From: Octopus bimaculoides
Lineage: Eukaryota
Reading direction: 5' to 3'
Assembly (NCBI RefSeq): GCF_001194135.2
Contig: NC_068982.1
Span: forward strand, 54,116,683 to 54,180,682
Length of the DNA: 64,000 bases
The translations under genes were made by a program, and so were the position numbers. Below are positions 63,950 to 64,000 of the stretch, piece after piece (positions within the stretch are counted from its first letter, which is position 1; each line of letters opens with the position of its first letter). The notes below the pieces were generated by a model. The model had not been told where the DNA came from. It did not search any database and saw only the letters and a program-made list of their open reading frames with translations.

Positions 63950-64000
<51 letters not shown>
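63873..64000. repeat. (GACA)n/(GCTA)n/(GATA)n tetranucleotide tract
   Basis: Direct reading. Confidence 0.95.

Overview
This is a eukaryotic, AT-rich, repeat-dense window. I found no intact protein-coding gene, tRNA/rRNA gene or CRISPR array. About 6.3 kb (~10%) is N gap, and almost every gap is flanked by a microsatellite. The repeat content points to an octopus (coleoid cephalopod) genome, in intronic or intergenic sequence; this is inferred from resemblance to octopus SINEs and was not confirmed by a search. The window holds about 40 copies or fragments of 4-5 tRNA-headed SINE families, which I label A-E and which share modules. It also holds decayed LINEs (R4/Dong RT and RLE, Tx1/L1, I/Jockey-like, RTE), one recognisable Penelope-like element plus many short Penelope-like remnants with degenerate hammerhead-ribozyme cores, DNA transposon relics (mariner, pogo, hAT MITEs, a Tc1/Tigger-type MITE, a Helitron 3' end), and probable BEL/Pao and Gypsy integrase relics. 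The most notable observations are: (i) recurrent hammerhead-like motifs in short non-coding Penelope-like remnants that sit in (TA)n tracts, often inside SINE-A; (ii) an R4/Dong insertion that switches strand at a perfect 12-bp fold-back; (iii) a pogo deletion junction amplified into a minisatellite; (iv) module sharing between SINE families. I found no convincing novel host system.
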